In this document: positions 15,091 to 24,633 of the stretch, piece by piece
How the letters are laid out: each line of letters starts with the position of its first letter
How positions within the stretch are numbered: position 1 is the stretch's first letter
From: Clostridiales bacterium
Lineage (GTDB): Bacteria > Bacillota > Clostridia > Oscillospirales > Oscillospiraceae
NCBI GenBank assembly: GCA_012516225.1
Contig: JAAYWX010000005.1
Span: 1 to 25,818 of the forward strand
Direction: 5' to 3'
DNA: 25,818 bases
Notes under the pieces: model-generated
Databases searched by the model: none
The model's input: the letters and a program-made list of their open reading frames with translations, nothing else
What the model was told of the DNA's origin: nothing
Made by a program: the position numbers and the translations under genes

Positions 15091-16918
15091 CGCAGCGCCC
15101 TCCTTTCATCAGCAAGACAGCACCACAGTTTTCACATTTTTTGCGGCAGTCGGGAGAAAGCAGACCTTTATAGCACATTTCGCGCTCATGCCGGAAAAAT
15201 TCGGGTTTTACACCTATATCTATACGGCTCCACGGAAGAACTTCATCAAAGGGGCGTTCCCTGCACGCATAAAATTTCGGATCAAGTCCGCATTTTTTAA
15301 AGGCGGTCATCCAACGTTCAAAAGAGAAGTATTCGCTCCACGAATCAAGTTTTCCGCCGTTTTTCCAAACTTCTTCGATAACGGTACCAATACGCCTGTC
15401 ACCTCGGGAAAGTACGGCTTCAACAAAGCTTGTATCGGCATCATGCCAGTTATAGGTTATGGCCTTCGCTCTCATATTGCCTCGCAGCAACGCTACACGT
15501 CTGCGGTATTCGTCCATATCAACCTGTGCTTCCCACTGAAAAGGAGTATGGGGCTTCGGAACAAAGCAGGAGGTGGACACTGTAATGTTTATGCCCTTGG
15601 ATTTGTTTGACGAATATGATTTCCAAGCGGAAAGGACCTTCATGGCAAGACCGCCTATGGCAAGAACGTCTTCGGCTGTTTCGGTCGGAAGTCCAAGCAT
15701 GAAATACAGCTTTATGTTATTCCAGCCGCCTTCAAAGGCTATGCGGCAGGTGGAAAGGATGTCTTCCTCACGTACGTTTTTGTTTATCGCATCGCGCAGT
15801 CTCTGAGTACCGGCTTCCGGTGCAAAAGTAAGACCGCTTTTTCTAACCTGATGAACTTTGTCCATAAGCTCCATTGAAAAATTATCTGCACGGAGGGAAG
15901 GAAGTGAAAGTCCAATACTCTTGGGAATGCAGAAATCCAGAAGACCGTCGCAAAGGCCGTTTAAAGATCTGTAATCGCTTGTACTGAGTGATGACAAGGT
16001 TATCTCCTGATAACCGGTATTTTCGAGGGAATCGATACCTTGGTTTATAAGTCTATTGACATTTCTGGATCGGACGGGACGATAAACAAAACCGGCCTGG
16101 CAAAAGCGGCATCCGCGAATACAGCCCCGGAAAAGCTCGAGAGTTACTCGGTCGTGGACAATTTCCGTTGAAGGCACAACAGGTTTGACGGGGAAATAAC
16201 TGCCGTCAAAATCGGTTACAATACGGCGGGTTACATATTCCGGGGCGTTCTCGAGAGTTCTAAGCTCTTTCAGGGTTCCGTCCTCATTATATACGGGTTC
16301 GTAAAGTGAAGGAACATAAATGCCTTCAATTTTGGCGGCTTCAGATAAAAACTCTTTCTTGCTCATACCGGTTTTCTTTGCTTCGCGCAAAAGCAAAAGA
16401 AGTTCTCTGTCCGCGTCCTCCCCCTCGCCTATAACACAGAGGTCAAAAAAATCTGCCATTGGCTCCGGATTGCAGCAGCTTGTCCCGCCGGCAAAAACAA
16501 GCGGGGTAAGCTCGGGCCTGTCTTTGCTTCTTATAGGGATTCCTGCAAGGTCAAGCATATTGAGAACATTGGTGTAGGCCATTTCATATCCGATTGAAAA
16601 GCCGATTGCATCGAATTCCGCAAGAGGGTCACCGCTTTCAAGCGCCCAAAGGGGAATATTGTTTGAGCGCATTTCATTTTCCATATCCCCCCAAGGTGCG
16701 AAAACGCGTTCGCACCAGACACCGTCCATCTCGTTTATTATTCCATATAATATCCTTATGCCAAGATTTGACATTCCTATTTCATAGGTATCCGGAAAAC
16801 AAAGGGCCATGCGTATATCGACACTGGCCTTGTCTTTTATTATCTGGTTATATTCGCCTCCGGTGTAGCGCGCGGGCTTTTGCACCTTTGGCAATATGCG
16901 GAGAAGTTTTTTGTCCAT
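15083..16918 (-). CDS. TIGR03960-like B12-binding-type radical SAM protein
   Basis: KPARYTGGE, FPDTYEIGMSNLG, CIRGCRFC (CxxxCxxC), LTFAPEAG, FVPKPHTPFQW. Start placed at ATG 16918 (MDKKL); the ORF opens at 16957. Confidence 0.92.
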   Translation of the reverse strand: MDKKLLRILPKVQKPARYTGGEYNQIIKDKASVDIRMALCFPDTYEIGMSNLGIRILYGIINEMDGVWCERVFAPWGDMENEMRSNNIPLWALESGDPLAEFDAIGFSIGYEMAYTNVLNMLDLAGIPIRSKDRPELTPLVFAGGTSCCNPEPMADFFDLCVIGEGEDADRELLLLLREAKKTGMSKKEFLSEAAKIEGIYVPSLYEPVYNEDGTLKELRTLENAPEYVTRRIVTDFDGSYFPVKPVVPSTEIVHDRVTLELFRGCIRGCRFCQAGFVYRPVRSRNVNRLINQGIDSLENTGYQEITLSSLSTSDYRSLNGLCDGLLDFCIPKSIGLSLPSLRADNFSMELMDKVHQVRKSGLTFAPEAGTQRLRDAINKNVREEDILSTCRIAFEGGWNNIKLYFMLGLPTETAEDVLAIGGLAMKVLSAWKSYSSNKSKGINITVSTSCFVPKPHTPFQWEAQVDMDEYRRRVALLRGNMRAKAITYNWHDADTSFVEAVLSRGDRRIGTVIEEVWKNGGKLDSWSEYFSFERWMTAFKKCGLDPKFYACRERPFDEVLPWSRIDIGVKPEFFRHEREMCYKGLLSPDCRKKCENCGAVLLMKGGRCDG

Positions 16919-16986
16919 ATCACACATCCGTTTTTTAAGTGCCGTCAGTTTCGGCAATCTATTTTTCCTAAGTATTTTATACCTTT

Positions 16987-17616
16987 TCAGGAATATTTAC
17001 AAGAGTTCTTACGCTGCAGTATAAAAAGCCATATGCCTGCGGTAAAAAGAGAAAAGCCGCAGCCCTTGGCAATGAGGAAAAGACCGCCGGAGATAAGCGC
17101 CGCAGAGGTAATAAGGCCGGCATACTTTATGACCTTATGCGCTGATGCGGAGCCAAAAGCGGATATTAGGGCAAAATTTAAAATACGGCCGCCGTCAAGA
17201 GGTTTTGCTGGCAGCAAGTTAAAGATGTTTAGCAAAAAAGAAAGCCCCGAGCACATAAGGAGATAGTCGCTGCACCAGTAAGCTCCCATCTTTGCGCAAA
17301 TAAAGGTAAAAATCAAACCAAAGGCAGGACCGGCAAGGGCAGCGAGCATTTCCTGCTTTTCACTGAGAGAGCCTGAATAATCAAGAGCAAAGCCGGATAA
17401 GGTGGCGTTAAGCTTGGTAGGATATGCCCTGAACAGGCGCAAAGCTATGATATGACCGAATTCGTGAACCAAGACGGCGGGAAAAAGCGCGGCTATAAGA
17501 CCCTTGTCGTCAAAAAAATAAACAAGGGCAAAAAACAGCATAAATCCTCCACCGAGCCTTATGCGGAACGGCGGGGCAGATCGTTTGTCAGAACTTCTCT
17601 TTAAAGTTTTTTTCAT
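16987..17616 (-). CDS. M50 site-2 metalloprotease, SpoIVFB-like
   Basis: HEFGH, LAGP, NLLPAKPLDGG. Lies downstream of an M23 gene; TGATG overlap at 17616 supports this start. Confidence 0.88.
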   Translation of the reverse strand: MKKTLKRSSDKRSAPPFRIRLGGGFMLFFALVYFFDDKGLIAALFPAVLVHEFGHIIALRLFRAYPTKLNATLSGFALDYSGSLSEKQEMLAALAGPAFGLIFTFICAKMGAYWCSDYLLMCSGLSFLLNIFNLLPAKPLDGGRILNFALISAFGSASAHKVIKYAGLITSAALISGGLFLIAKGCGFSLFTAGIWLFILQRKNSCKYS

Positions 17617-18593
17617 CAGCAATAAAATTCCGGATTCAGATATGTCCTTCCGCACATGAGCTCAAAATGGATGTGGGGGCCGGTTACGCGTCCGGAATGG
17701 CCGGAAAGAGCGATTTTGCCGCCGCGGGAGACTTTGTCTCCCGGTTTTACGAGCGCTTGGCCCAAGTGGGCATAAAGAGTAGTATAGCCGGATCCGTGGT
17801 CGATAATTACCGTCAGCCCGTATCCATCGAACTCCTGAACAGTGAGAACAGTTCCGTCCGCAAAAGCCGCAACGTCGCTTCCGTCAACTACGGCGAAATC
17901 TGTGCCGTAATGAAACCGCACGTCACCATCAATAGGATGTACGCGGTACCCGAAGCCGGAAGAAACTACGCTTAGAACGGGCGAGGAATATTTAAAAGGA
18001 AGTTCTGATGCATCAAGGCTGACATTTGCGGGGAGAGAATAGTCTGAAAAGCTGGATTGCTGCCGGAGAAAAGCCTCGGCCTTTGCGGCACGCGCTGACG
18101 CTGCTTCTTTCTCTGCGGAATCCGGATCCGGTGTTTCCGCCGAAATTTCGGCGGAAGGTGAAGGCGAGGGAGAAGTTTCCGAAACAGCAGATTTGCCTGG
18201 ATTGCATGAAGCTGCCGGAGAGCTTTCCGGTTCGGGCAGACCGACAAGGCATTCATAGCCGCGGAGATTTTGGCTTATTAGGTTTGAAAGTACAAAACTT
18301 TCGGAAGAGTTGGAAGAGCTTGGGCGGAAACTCGGTTCCGGAGAAAGCTCAGGATCTGATTTTGCAACGCTCTTTTCTGAACTTCCGCCGAGAAGGCGTT
18401 GCCAGACATATACATAATCTCCGTCACCGGAAATTGCGCGTCCCAAGGCGATGATATCGCCGCGCAGGTCTGCCTCTCTCGTTATTGCGGGGATTATGTA
18501 TCCCCTTATCTCCGCGGCCTGTTTTGGGAGCAGGATTTTTACGGTGCATAAGGAAAGAAATATGAATGACGATATCAGTGTTCTTGTTCTCAT
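17616..18593 (-). CDS. M23 peptidase-domain protein, SpoIVFA-like by position
   Basis: N-terminal hydrophobic anchor, S/P/E-rich linker, C-terminal HYGTD ... YAHL ... GPHIHFE. Confidence 0.85.
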   Translation of the reverse strand: MRTRTLISSFIFLSLCTVKILLPKQAAEIRGYIIPAITREADLRGDIIALGRAISGDGDYVYVWQRLLGGSSEKSVAKSDPELSPEPSFRPSSSNSSESFVLSNLISQNLRGYECLVGLPEPESSPAASCNPGKSAVSETSPSPSPSAEISAETPDPDSAEKEAASARAAKAEAFLRQQSSFSDYSLPANVSLDASELPFKYSSPVLSVVSSGFGYRVHPIDGDVRFHYGTDFAVVDGSDVAAFADGTVLTVQEFDGYGLTVIIDHGSGYTTLYAHLGQALVKPGDKVSRGGKIALSGHSGRVTGPHIHFELMCGRTYLNPEFYC

Positions 18594-18630
18594 GAGCTGC
18601 TCCTTCCGAAAACAGTAAAATATATTCTTC

Positions 18631-18659
18631 TTTATTTATCGGGGGATGAATGGTATAAT
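18631..18659 (+). promoter_or_regulatory. Sigma-A promoter for cls
   Basis: TTTATT, 17 bp spacer, TG-g-TATAAT (extended -10). Confidence 0.6.
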
Positions 18660-18757
18660 TCCAAATAGTCTGACACAGTAGGTGAGGCACCAGAAAAACA
18701 GCAAGACCGAATTTGCGAAAACGCAGCCGGCATGTCAGATGCCGGCATAGGCAGGGA

Positions 18758-20317
18758 GTGATAGGCATAGGAAGGTTCAGGCTGCTAAAAATTCTTACAA
18801 GCAGGATGTTTATTACAGTCGTTCTTATATTGGTTCAGGCTGCATGGATTGCGCTTATGTTTATGAGAGTTTTCGGCGATTCGGAGATATTTTCCACCGC
18901 ATTTAAAATTCTGAGCGTTGTAATGGCGTTTTATGTTATAAGCAAGACCGATGTCCCTGCCTATAGAATGGGCTGGATTTTAATTATCCTGATTGTCCCG
19001 CTGTTCGGCGGCCTTTTGTACCTGCTTATAGGCGAAAAGCGCCCCGCAAGGTATATGCGCCTTAGACTTGCAAAAGGAATGAAAAGCCATGACGTCATGG
19101 CGGTGCAGGACCCTGAGGTCCAGAGAGAATTGAGGGAAAAGTCTCCGCGTGCGGCAGGCTGCGCCTCGTATATATCAAACTGCGCCAGATATCCCGTCTG
19201 GAAAAATACCCAAGTGAAGTATCATCCGCTCGGCGAATATCAGTATGCAGACATGCTCGAAGAACTGAAAAAAGCGAAAAAGTTCATCTTCCTTGAATAT
19301 TTCATAATTGAAGAGGGCGAGATGTGGAATACGATACTTGACATTCTCAGCGAAAAAGTCAAGGAAGGCGTAGATGTCCGCGTAATCTATGACGATATGG
19401 GATGTCTTACGAAGATACCCTCCAATTACTATGAAAAAATTGAAAAACGCGGTATAAAATGCCTCGTATTCAACCCTGTAATACCGATAATATCCGTTGT
19501 GATGAACAACCGCGATCACAGGAAAATCATGATAATAGACGGGGATACCGCTTTTACGGGAGGAATAAACCTCGCGGATGAATATATAAACCACAGGGTG
19601 AGGTTCGGTCACTGGAAAGACAGCGGAATAATGCTTAAAGGCGACGCAGTATGGAATTTTACCATAATGTTTCTTGAAATCTGGAACTCATATAATCCCG
19701 AAGATGATGACTTTACAGTATTTAAGCCGAATGCGGAAAGACACGCCGAATTTCACAGTGATGGCTTTGTCCAGCCCTTCTGCGATTCGCCGCTTGACGG
19801 AGAAACCGTTTCCGTAAATGTATATCTTGACATTCTCGCTCAGGCAAAAGACTATGTGTATATATTTACCCCATATCTTGCGATAATCGATGAGCTTAAC
19901 ATAGCGCTTTGCGCGGCGGCAAAGCGAGGAGTGGACGTACGCATGGTTCTTCCCGGAATACCGGACAAAAAAGTGGCCTACCGCCTGTCACGTTCATATT
20001 ACGGGCCCTTGCTTGAAGCGGGAGTAAGGATTTACGAATATACTCCCGGTTTTATCCATGCGAAAAGCTATGTCAGCGATGACAAGATAGCTGTTGTAGG
20101 GACAATCAATATGGATTACCGCAGCCTTTACCTGCACTTTGAATGCGGCGTTGTTATGTATGAAAACAGTGCGGTGCAGGAACTTAAAAAAGCCGCGCTG
20201 AAGACGTTTGAAATTTCGCATGAGGTAAAAATAGGGGAGCGCAAACAGGGGAAATACCGCAGAGTGACGGGGAAGCTGATAGATTCATTCCTGAGGGTTT
20301 TCGCTCCGCTGTTCTGA
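18758..20317 (+). CDS. cls: Cardiolipin synthase
   Basis: Two HKD motifs (HRKIMIIDG, HAKSYVSDD), GGINLADEY, GTINMDYRS, N-terminal TM helices. Start uncertain: GTG 18758 or TTG 18713. Confidence 0.95.
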   Translation: MIGIGRFRLLKILTSRMFITVVLILVQAAWIALMFMRVFGDSEIFSTAFKILSVVMAFYVISKTDVPAYRMGWILIILIVPLFGGLLYLLIGEKRPARYMRLRLAKGMKSHDVMAVQDPEVQRELREKSPRAAGCASYISNCARYPVWKNTQVKYHPLGEYQYADMLEELKKAKKFIFLEYFIIEEGEMWNTILDILSEKVKEGVDVRVIYDDMGCLTKIPSNYYEKIEKRGIKCLVFNPVIPIISVVMNNRDHRKIMIIDGDTAFTGGINLADEYINHRVRFGHWKDSGIMLKGDAVWNFTIMFLEIWNSYNPEDDDFTVFKPNAERHAEFHSDGFVQPFCDSPLDGETVSVNVYLDILAQAKDYVYIFTPYLAIIDELNIALCAAAKRGVDVRMVLPGIPDKKVAYRLSRSYYGPLLEAGVRIYEYTPGFIHAKSYVSDDKIAVVGTINMDYRSLYLHFECGVVMYENSAVQELKKAALKTFEISHEVKIGERKQGKYRRVTGKLIDSFLRVFAPLF

Positions 20318-20403
20318 CCGGCAGCGCCCTCAAATCGTCAAATAAAAGCTTTCCGCGCAAACTAAGGCGTATTTTAATACTACACTGAAAGGTAAGCAGA
20401 AAT

Positions 20404-21786
20404 ATGAAACTTTGGGCAGGAAGATTTGACAAAAATACGGATGTGCTTGTGGATGAACTGAACGCAAGCATCGGATTTGATTTCAGAATGTACAGGGAAG
20501 ACATAACGGGAAGTATTGCACATTCGGCAATGCTTGCAAAGCAGGGGATTATATCCGAAGAGGACGCAAAGCTGATAGCCGAAGGACTCAAAGCGATTCT
20601 TGCCGATATAGAGGAGGGCAGGCTGCCTTTCGGCAGCGATGCGGAAGATGTGCATATGGCGATCGAAGGCGAGCTTACCCGGAGAATAGGGGATGCCGGC
20701 AAACGCCTTCATACGGCAAGAAGCCGCAACGACCAAGTCGCACTGGACATAAGACTTTATCTCAAACGGGAGATAGTGGAGATAAAGGAGCTTGTGCTTG
20801 AATTGATTGAAACGCTTGTAAATATTGCGGAGAAAAATACGGACGTGATTATGCCCGCATATACGCATCTTCAGAGGGCCCAGCCGACCACCTTTGCCCA
20901 CTACATGATGGCATATGCCAATATGCTCGGGCGTGACGTTACGCGTCTGGAAGACTGCCTTAACAGAATGGACGAATGTCCGCTCGGAAGCGGAGCGCTG
21001 ACATCTACGACCTATCCTATAGACAGAGAGTTTACGGCAAAAGAGCTTGGATTTGCAAGAATTACGCAAAACAGACTTGACGGGGTTTCGGATCGGGATT
21101 TTGCCATCGAGTTCCTTAACGACATATCTATACTGATGATGCATCTTTCCCGCTTTTCGGAGGAAATAATACTGTGGTGTTCATGGGAGTTTAAATTCAT
21201 CGAGCTTGATGATGCCTATTCCACAGGCTCGTCTATAATGCCGCAGAAGAAAAACCCCGACATTGCGGAGTTGGTTCGCGGCAAAACGGGCCGAGTTTAC
21301 GGAGACCTGATGACGCTTCTGTCGGTTATGAAGGCTTTGCCGCTTGCCTACAATAAGGATATTCATGAGGATAAAGAGCCGCTGTTAGATGCGATAGACA
21401 CTATTAAAAAGTGTCTGCCGGTATTTACGGCCATGCTGAATACTATGCGGCTGAACACTGAAAATATGCGTACTGCTGCGGGAAAAGGATTTATCAATGC
21501 GACGGATTGCGCGGATTATCTCGTAAAAAAAGGGCTGCCATTCCGCGACGCATATACGGTTGTGGGCAGGCTGGTAAACTATTGCATTGAAACAGGGAAA
21601 ACGCTTGAAACTCTCGGACCGGATGAATATAAAAGCTTCTCTACGGCTTTTGACGGGGACGTTTACGAGGCTATTTCACTGGAAACCTGTGTAGCAAAGA
21701 GAAATGCCGCAGGCGGTCCGTCTAAAGAAAGCGTCGGTGTCCAGATAAAATATATTAAAGAATTTCTGAACGAGCACGGGCGCTGA
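20404..21786 (+). CDS. argH: Argininosuccinate lyase
   Basis: [38 protein letters not shown]. Confidence 0.98.
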   Translation: MKLWAGRFDKNTDVLVDELNASIGFDFRMYREDITGSIAHSAMLAKQGIISEEDAKLIAEGLKAILADIEEGRLPFGSDAEDVHMAIEGELTRRIGDAGKRLHTARSRNDQVALDIRLYLKREIVEIKELVLELIETLVNIAEKNTDVIMPAYTHLQRAQPTTFAHYMMAYANMLGRDVTRLEDCLNRMDECPLGSGALTSTTYPIDREFTAKELGFARITQNRLDGVSDRDFAIEFLNDISILMMHLSRFSEEIILWCSWEFKFIELDDAYSTGSSIMPQKKNPDIAELVRGKTGRVYGDLMTLLSVMKALPLAYNKDIHEDKEPLLDAIDTIKKCLPVFTAMLNTMRLNTENMRTAAGKGFINATDCADYLVKKGLPFRDAYTVVGRLVNYCIETGKTLETLGPDEYKSFSTAFDGDVYEAISLETCVAKRNAAGGPSKESVGVQIKYIKEFLNEHGR

Positions 21787-21827
21787 ATAATGTTCTGAAA
21801 AAGAAAACAGGGCAAGGAGTGTGGGAA

Positions 21828-23564
21828 ATGAAAAGAATATGTGTTATACTGGCGGCAGCTCTTCTGTTCTCAGTTTTTCAGCCCTGCTACGCTTCTTCGG
21901 GCAATCAAAGTGCGGAGAACAGCGCAGGCGGATACATAGTTAAACTGAAAGAAACTAAAGAAAACTCCGCCTCTCTTATGGCATTGGATATGGGACTGCG
22001 TGAGGTATGCGGAGAGGCTGGAATTTATCATGCCGATACCTTGTCGGAAATTGCCGAACTTGGCGACATGGTTGAGTATTATGAACCGGACTGCATGGTT
22101 ACCCTTTCCGCTCTGCCTAACGATACATATGCCTCAAAGGAATGGAGCATAGGAAACCTTGAGGCGGATTATGCGTGGGAAAAAGGATATAACGGGGAAG
22201 GTGTCAGAGTAGCGGTTATAGACAGCGGAGTCAACTCGCTGCATGAGGACTTTGACGGGACTGTTTTTGACAAGGGACTGAACAAAATCAACGGTTCCCA
22301 TGATGTTACCGATGAGATGGGGCACGGCACCTTTGTCAGTGGAGTTCTGGGCGCAGCAAGAAACAACGGCATCGGCGTTGCTGGATTGTGTACGGGCGCG
22401 ACCATTGTTCCTATAAAATGCTTCGGAAAAAGTGTTGAAACAAACGCCTCTTATATTGTTTCGGCTGTCTATGACGCCGTTGATGTTTATGACTGCGACG
22501 TGATAAACCTCAGTCTCGGAATGACCGCCGATATGCAGAGCATGAAGGATGCTGTTGAATATGCTGCGGGCAAAGGGGTCATCATTGTTTCCGCGGTAGG
22601 AAACAGCGGAACATCGCAGCTTAATTATCCGGCCGCTTATGACTGTGTTGTTGGCGTAGGATCTATAAATCAGAGCGGGCAGGTTGCAAGTTTTTCGCAG
22701 AAAAACAGTTCGGTATATGTAGTGGCTCCGGGAGTCGGTCTGGTGGGGCTTAAAAACACTTCATATAACTCATATGAATTTAACGGAAACGGTACATCCT
22801 ATTCGACTCCCCATGCAACGGTGGCTGCGGTTATACTGAAGCAGTATGCACCGTTTGCAGATTATCAGGATTTTGAGGCGATCCTGCGGCAGTCGGCAAT
22901 TGACCGGGGTACGAAAGGATATGACACTTCATACGGATACGGATGCCTTAATATTAAGAATTTTATACAAGTTATGGAAGCTTATGATTTCGGGGACGTA
23001 GGGGATGCCTTCCCTGATATTAAAGGGCATTGGGCGGAAGAGAGCATTAAATACTGCGTAAACCAGAAGTTGTTTACTGGAGTGACGAGCAGCAGGTTTA
23101 TGCCGGAGATTAATATGACGCGTGCTATGTTCGTTACGGTGTTGAGCCGTATGAGCGGCGAGAATATCAGCGGTTTTCCTAATATGTTTTCTGACGTGGA
23201 CGGGAACGCATGGTATGCGCAACCCTGTGGATGGGGTGCGGCTACGGGAATAGTCAGCGGAACCGGAAACGGCGTATTTTCCCCGGAAGGCAATGTAACG
23301 AGAGAACAGATGGCCGTTTTCCTATATAGATATGCAAATCTATATAACCTAACGGACGGGGCGTTCAGCGAAAGCGTACTTTATAATTACAGTGACAGAG
23401 GAAAAGTTTCTCCATGGGCAAAGGATGCGCTTGCATGGGCTGTGGGGAACGGCCTTATTACGGGGCGTACCGAGAACACTCTTTGTCCTCAGGACAGTGC
23501 GAAAAGATGTGAAGTTGCTGCCATTATTTTTAGGTTTTTAAACAATTTTAATGGCTTGGCATAG
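21828..23564 (+). CDS. Secreted S8 (subtilisin-like) serine protease with three C-terminal SLH domains
   Basis: Signal peptide MKRICVILAAALLFSVFQPCYA. Catalytic triad VIDSG / GHGT / GTSYSTPH. SLH motifs (MTRAMFVTVL, VTREQMAVFL, AKRCEVAAII). ATG 21828 with AAGGAG RBS. Confidence 0.93.
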   Translation: MKRICVILAAALLFSVFQPCYASSGNQSAENSAGGYIVKLKETKENSASLMALDMGLREVCGEAGIYHADTLSEIAELGDMVEYYEPDCMVTLSALPNDTYASKEWSIGNLEADYAWEKGYNGEGVRVAVIDSGVNSLHEDFDGTVFDKGLNKINGSHDVTDEMGHGTFVSGVLGAARNNGIGVAGLCTGATIVPIKCFGKSVETNASYIVSAVYDAVDVYDCDVINLSLGMTADMQSMKDAVEYAAGKGVIIVSAVGNSGTSQLNYPAAYDCVVGVGSINQSGQVASFSQKNSSVYVVAPGVGLVGLKNTSYNSYEFNGNGTSYSTPHATVAAVILKQYAPFADYQDFEAILRQSAIDRGTKGYDTSYGYGCLNIKNFIQVMEAYDFGDVGDAFPDIKGHWAEESIKYCVNQKLFTGVTSSRFMPEINMTRAMFVTVLSRMSGENISGFPNMFSDVDGNAWYAQPCGWGAATGIVSGTGNGVFSPEGNVTREQMAVFLYRYANLYNLTDGAFSESVLYNYSDRGKVSPWAKDALAWAVGNGLITGRTENTLCPQDSAKRCEVAAIIFRFLNNFNGLA

Positions 23565-23603
23565 CTTTTCGGTTCGATTTTTTAATTTTAGGAGAAGAAC
23601 GTA

Positions 23604-24587
23604 ATGCCGGAAGAATTAATGAAGAACATTTACAGAATACGGGTGAACCTTCCTGACAGCCCTTTGAAAACACTCAACAGTTATGTGATAAAAGGGGAGC
23701 GCCGGAACCTGATAGTGGATACGGGATTCAGAACCCGGGAGTGCAGGGGATCGCTTGAAAGTGGACTGAAAGACCTCGGGATAGACATGGAAAACACGGA
23801 CATAGTTTTAACACATCTGCATTCCGACCATACAGGTCTTGCACCGGATATTGCCGTTCCCGGAACAAGAATTTTTATAAGCAGGGAAGAAATTCCGTGG
23901 ATGTACGGCGAAACGAGGACAATGCTGTGGCGGATGGACAACATAAAAGTGCGGCGTTCTGGCTTTCCTTCTGAAATAATCGAAAAATATCTGGATGATG
24001 CTGCCCCTCGCAGTATGGCTTCCGATATAGAATTTGAGGACTATCTGCCGATAGATGACGGGGATGAGTTCACATACGGGGAATATACGCTCAAAGCTGT
24101 GAGAACTCCCGGGCATACGCCTGCACATATGTGCTTTTGGATGGAAGAACAGAAAACAATGTTTACAGGCGACCATGTTCTTTTCGATATTTCGCCTAAC
24201 ATTACTCTCTGGCATTTTGTTGAGGATTCTCTCGGAGATTATCTAAACAGCCTGAAAATGATTGACAGATACGATGTACGCCTTGCTCTTCCGGGACACA
24301 GGGAAACGGGAAACTTCCATGAAAGGACAGCACAGCTGATTGAACATCATGAAAGACGGCTGGAAGAGTGTCTGAACGCGGTTATAGGCTATCCCGACTC
24401 TTCCGCTTACGATATAGCCGGGAAAATGACATGGAAAATCCGCTGCGGTTCGTGGGACGATTTTCCGATAAGCCAGAAATGGTTCGCGGTAGGTGAATGT
24501 TTGAGTCATCTCCGCCACCTTGAAATGACAGGAAAAATTAAGGCAGATGAAAGCAGGGAAGTTATACGGTTCAGAGCCTTGCGATAA
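23604..24587 (+). CDS. Metallo-beta-lactamase-fold hydrolase with a probable C-terminal wHTH
   Basis: THLHSDH, PGHT, GDH, PGH. Confidence 0.92.
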   Translation: MPEELMKNIYRIRVNLPDSPLKTLNSYVIKGERRNLIVDTGFRTRECRGSLESGLKDLGIDMENTDIVLTHLHSDHTGLAPDIAVPGTRIFISREEIPWMYGETRTMLWRMDNIKVRRSGFPSEIIEKYLDDAAPRSMASDIEFEDYLPIDDGDEFTYGEYTLKAVRTPGHTPAHMCFWMEEQKTMFTGDHVLFDISPNITLWHFVEDSLGDYLNSLKMIDRYDVRLALPGHRETGNFHERTAQLIEHHERRLEECLNAVIGYPDSSAYDIAGKMTWKIRCGSWDDFPISQKWFAVGECLSHLRHLEMTGKIKADESREVIRFRALR

Positions 24588-24631
24588 AACAAAAAGAGCG
24601 TGAAGGAAATGCCTTCACGCTCTTTTTGTTT
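24587..24631. terminator. Bidirectional Rho-independent terminator
   Basis: AAACAAAAAGAGCGTGAAGG-AAATG-CCTTCACGCTCTTTTTGTTT, a 20 bp perfect stem between convergent genes. Confidence 0.92.
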
Positions 24632-24633
24632 GT

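Noticed and set aside
14837-15610. 257 aa plus-strand ORF across the radical SAM pair
   Set aside because: Entirely antisense to two conserved genes, with no domain features.
3750-16918. SAM by-product (5-deoxyribose/MTR) salvage linked to the nearby radical SAM gene
   Set aside because: No MtnK kinase or MtnA isomerase. The PTS and polyol dehydrogenases point to an external substrate, and adjacency to the radical SAM gene looks incidental.
18600-18660. Sigma-E promoter upstream of the spoIVFA-like gene
   Set aside because: An AATATATT -10-like sequence is present, but the -35 match and spacing are too poor to call.
20184-21144. Minus-strand ORFs 20184-20702 and 20380-21144
   Set aside because: Antisense to cls and argH; no motifs.
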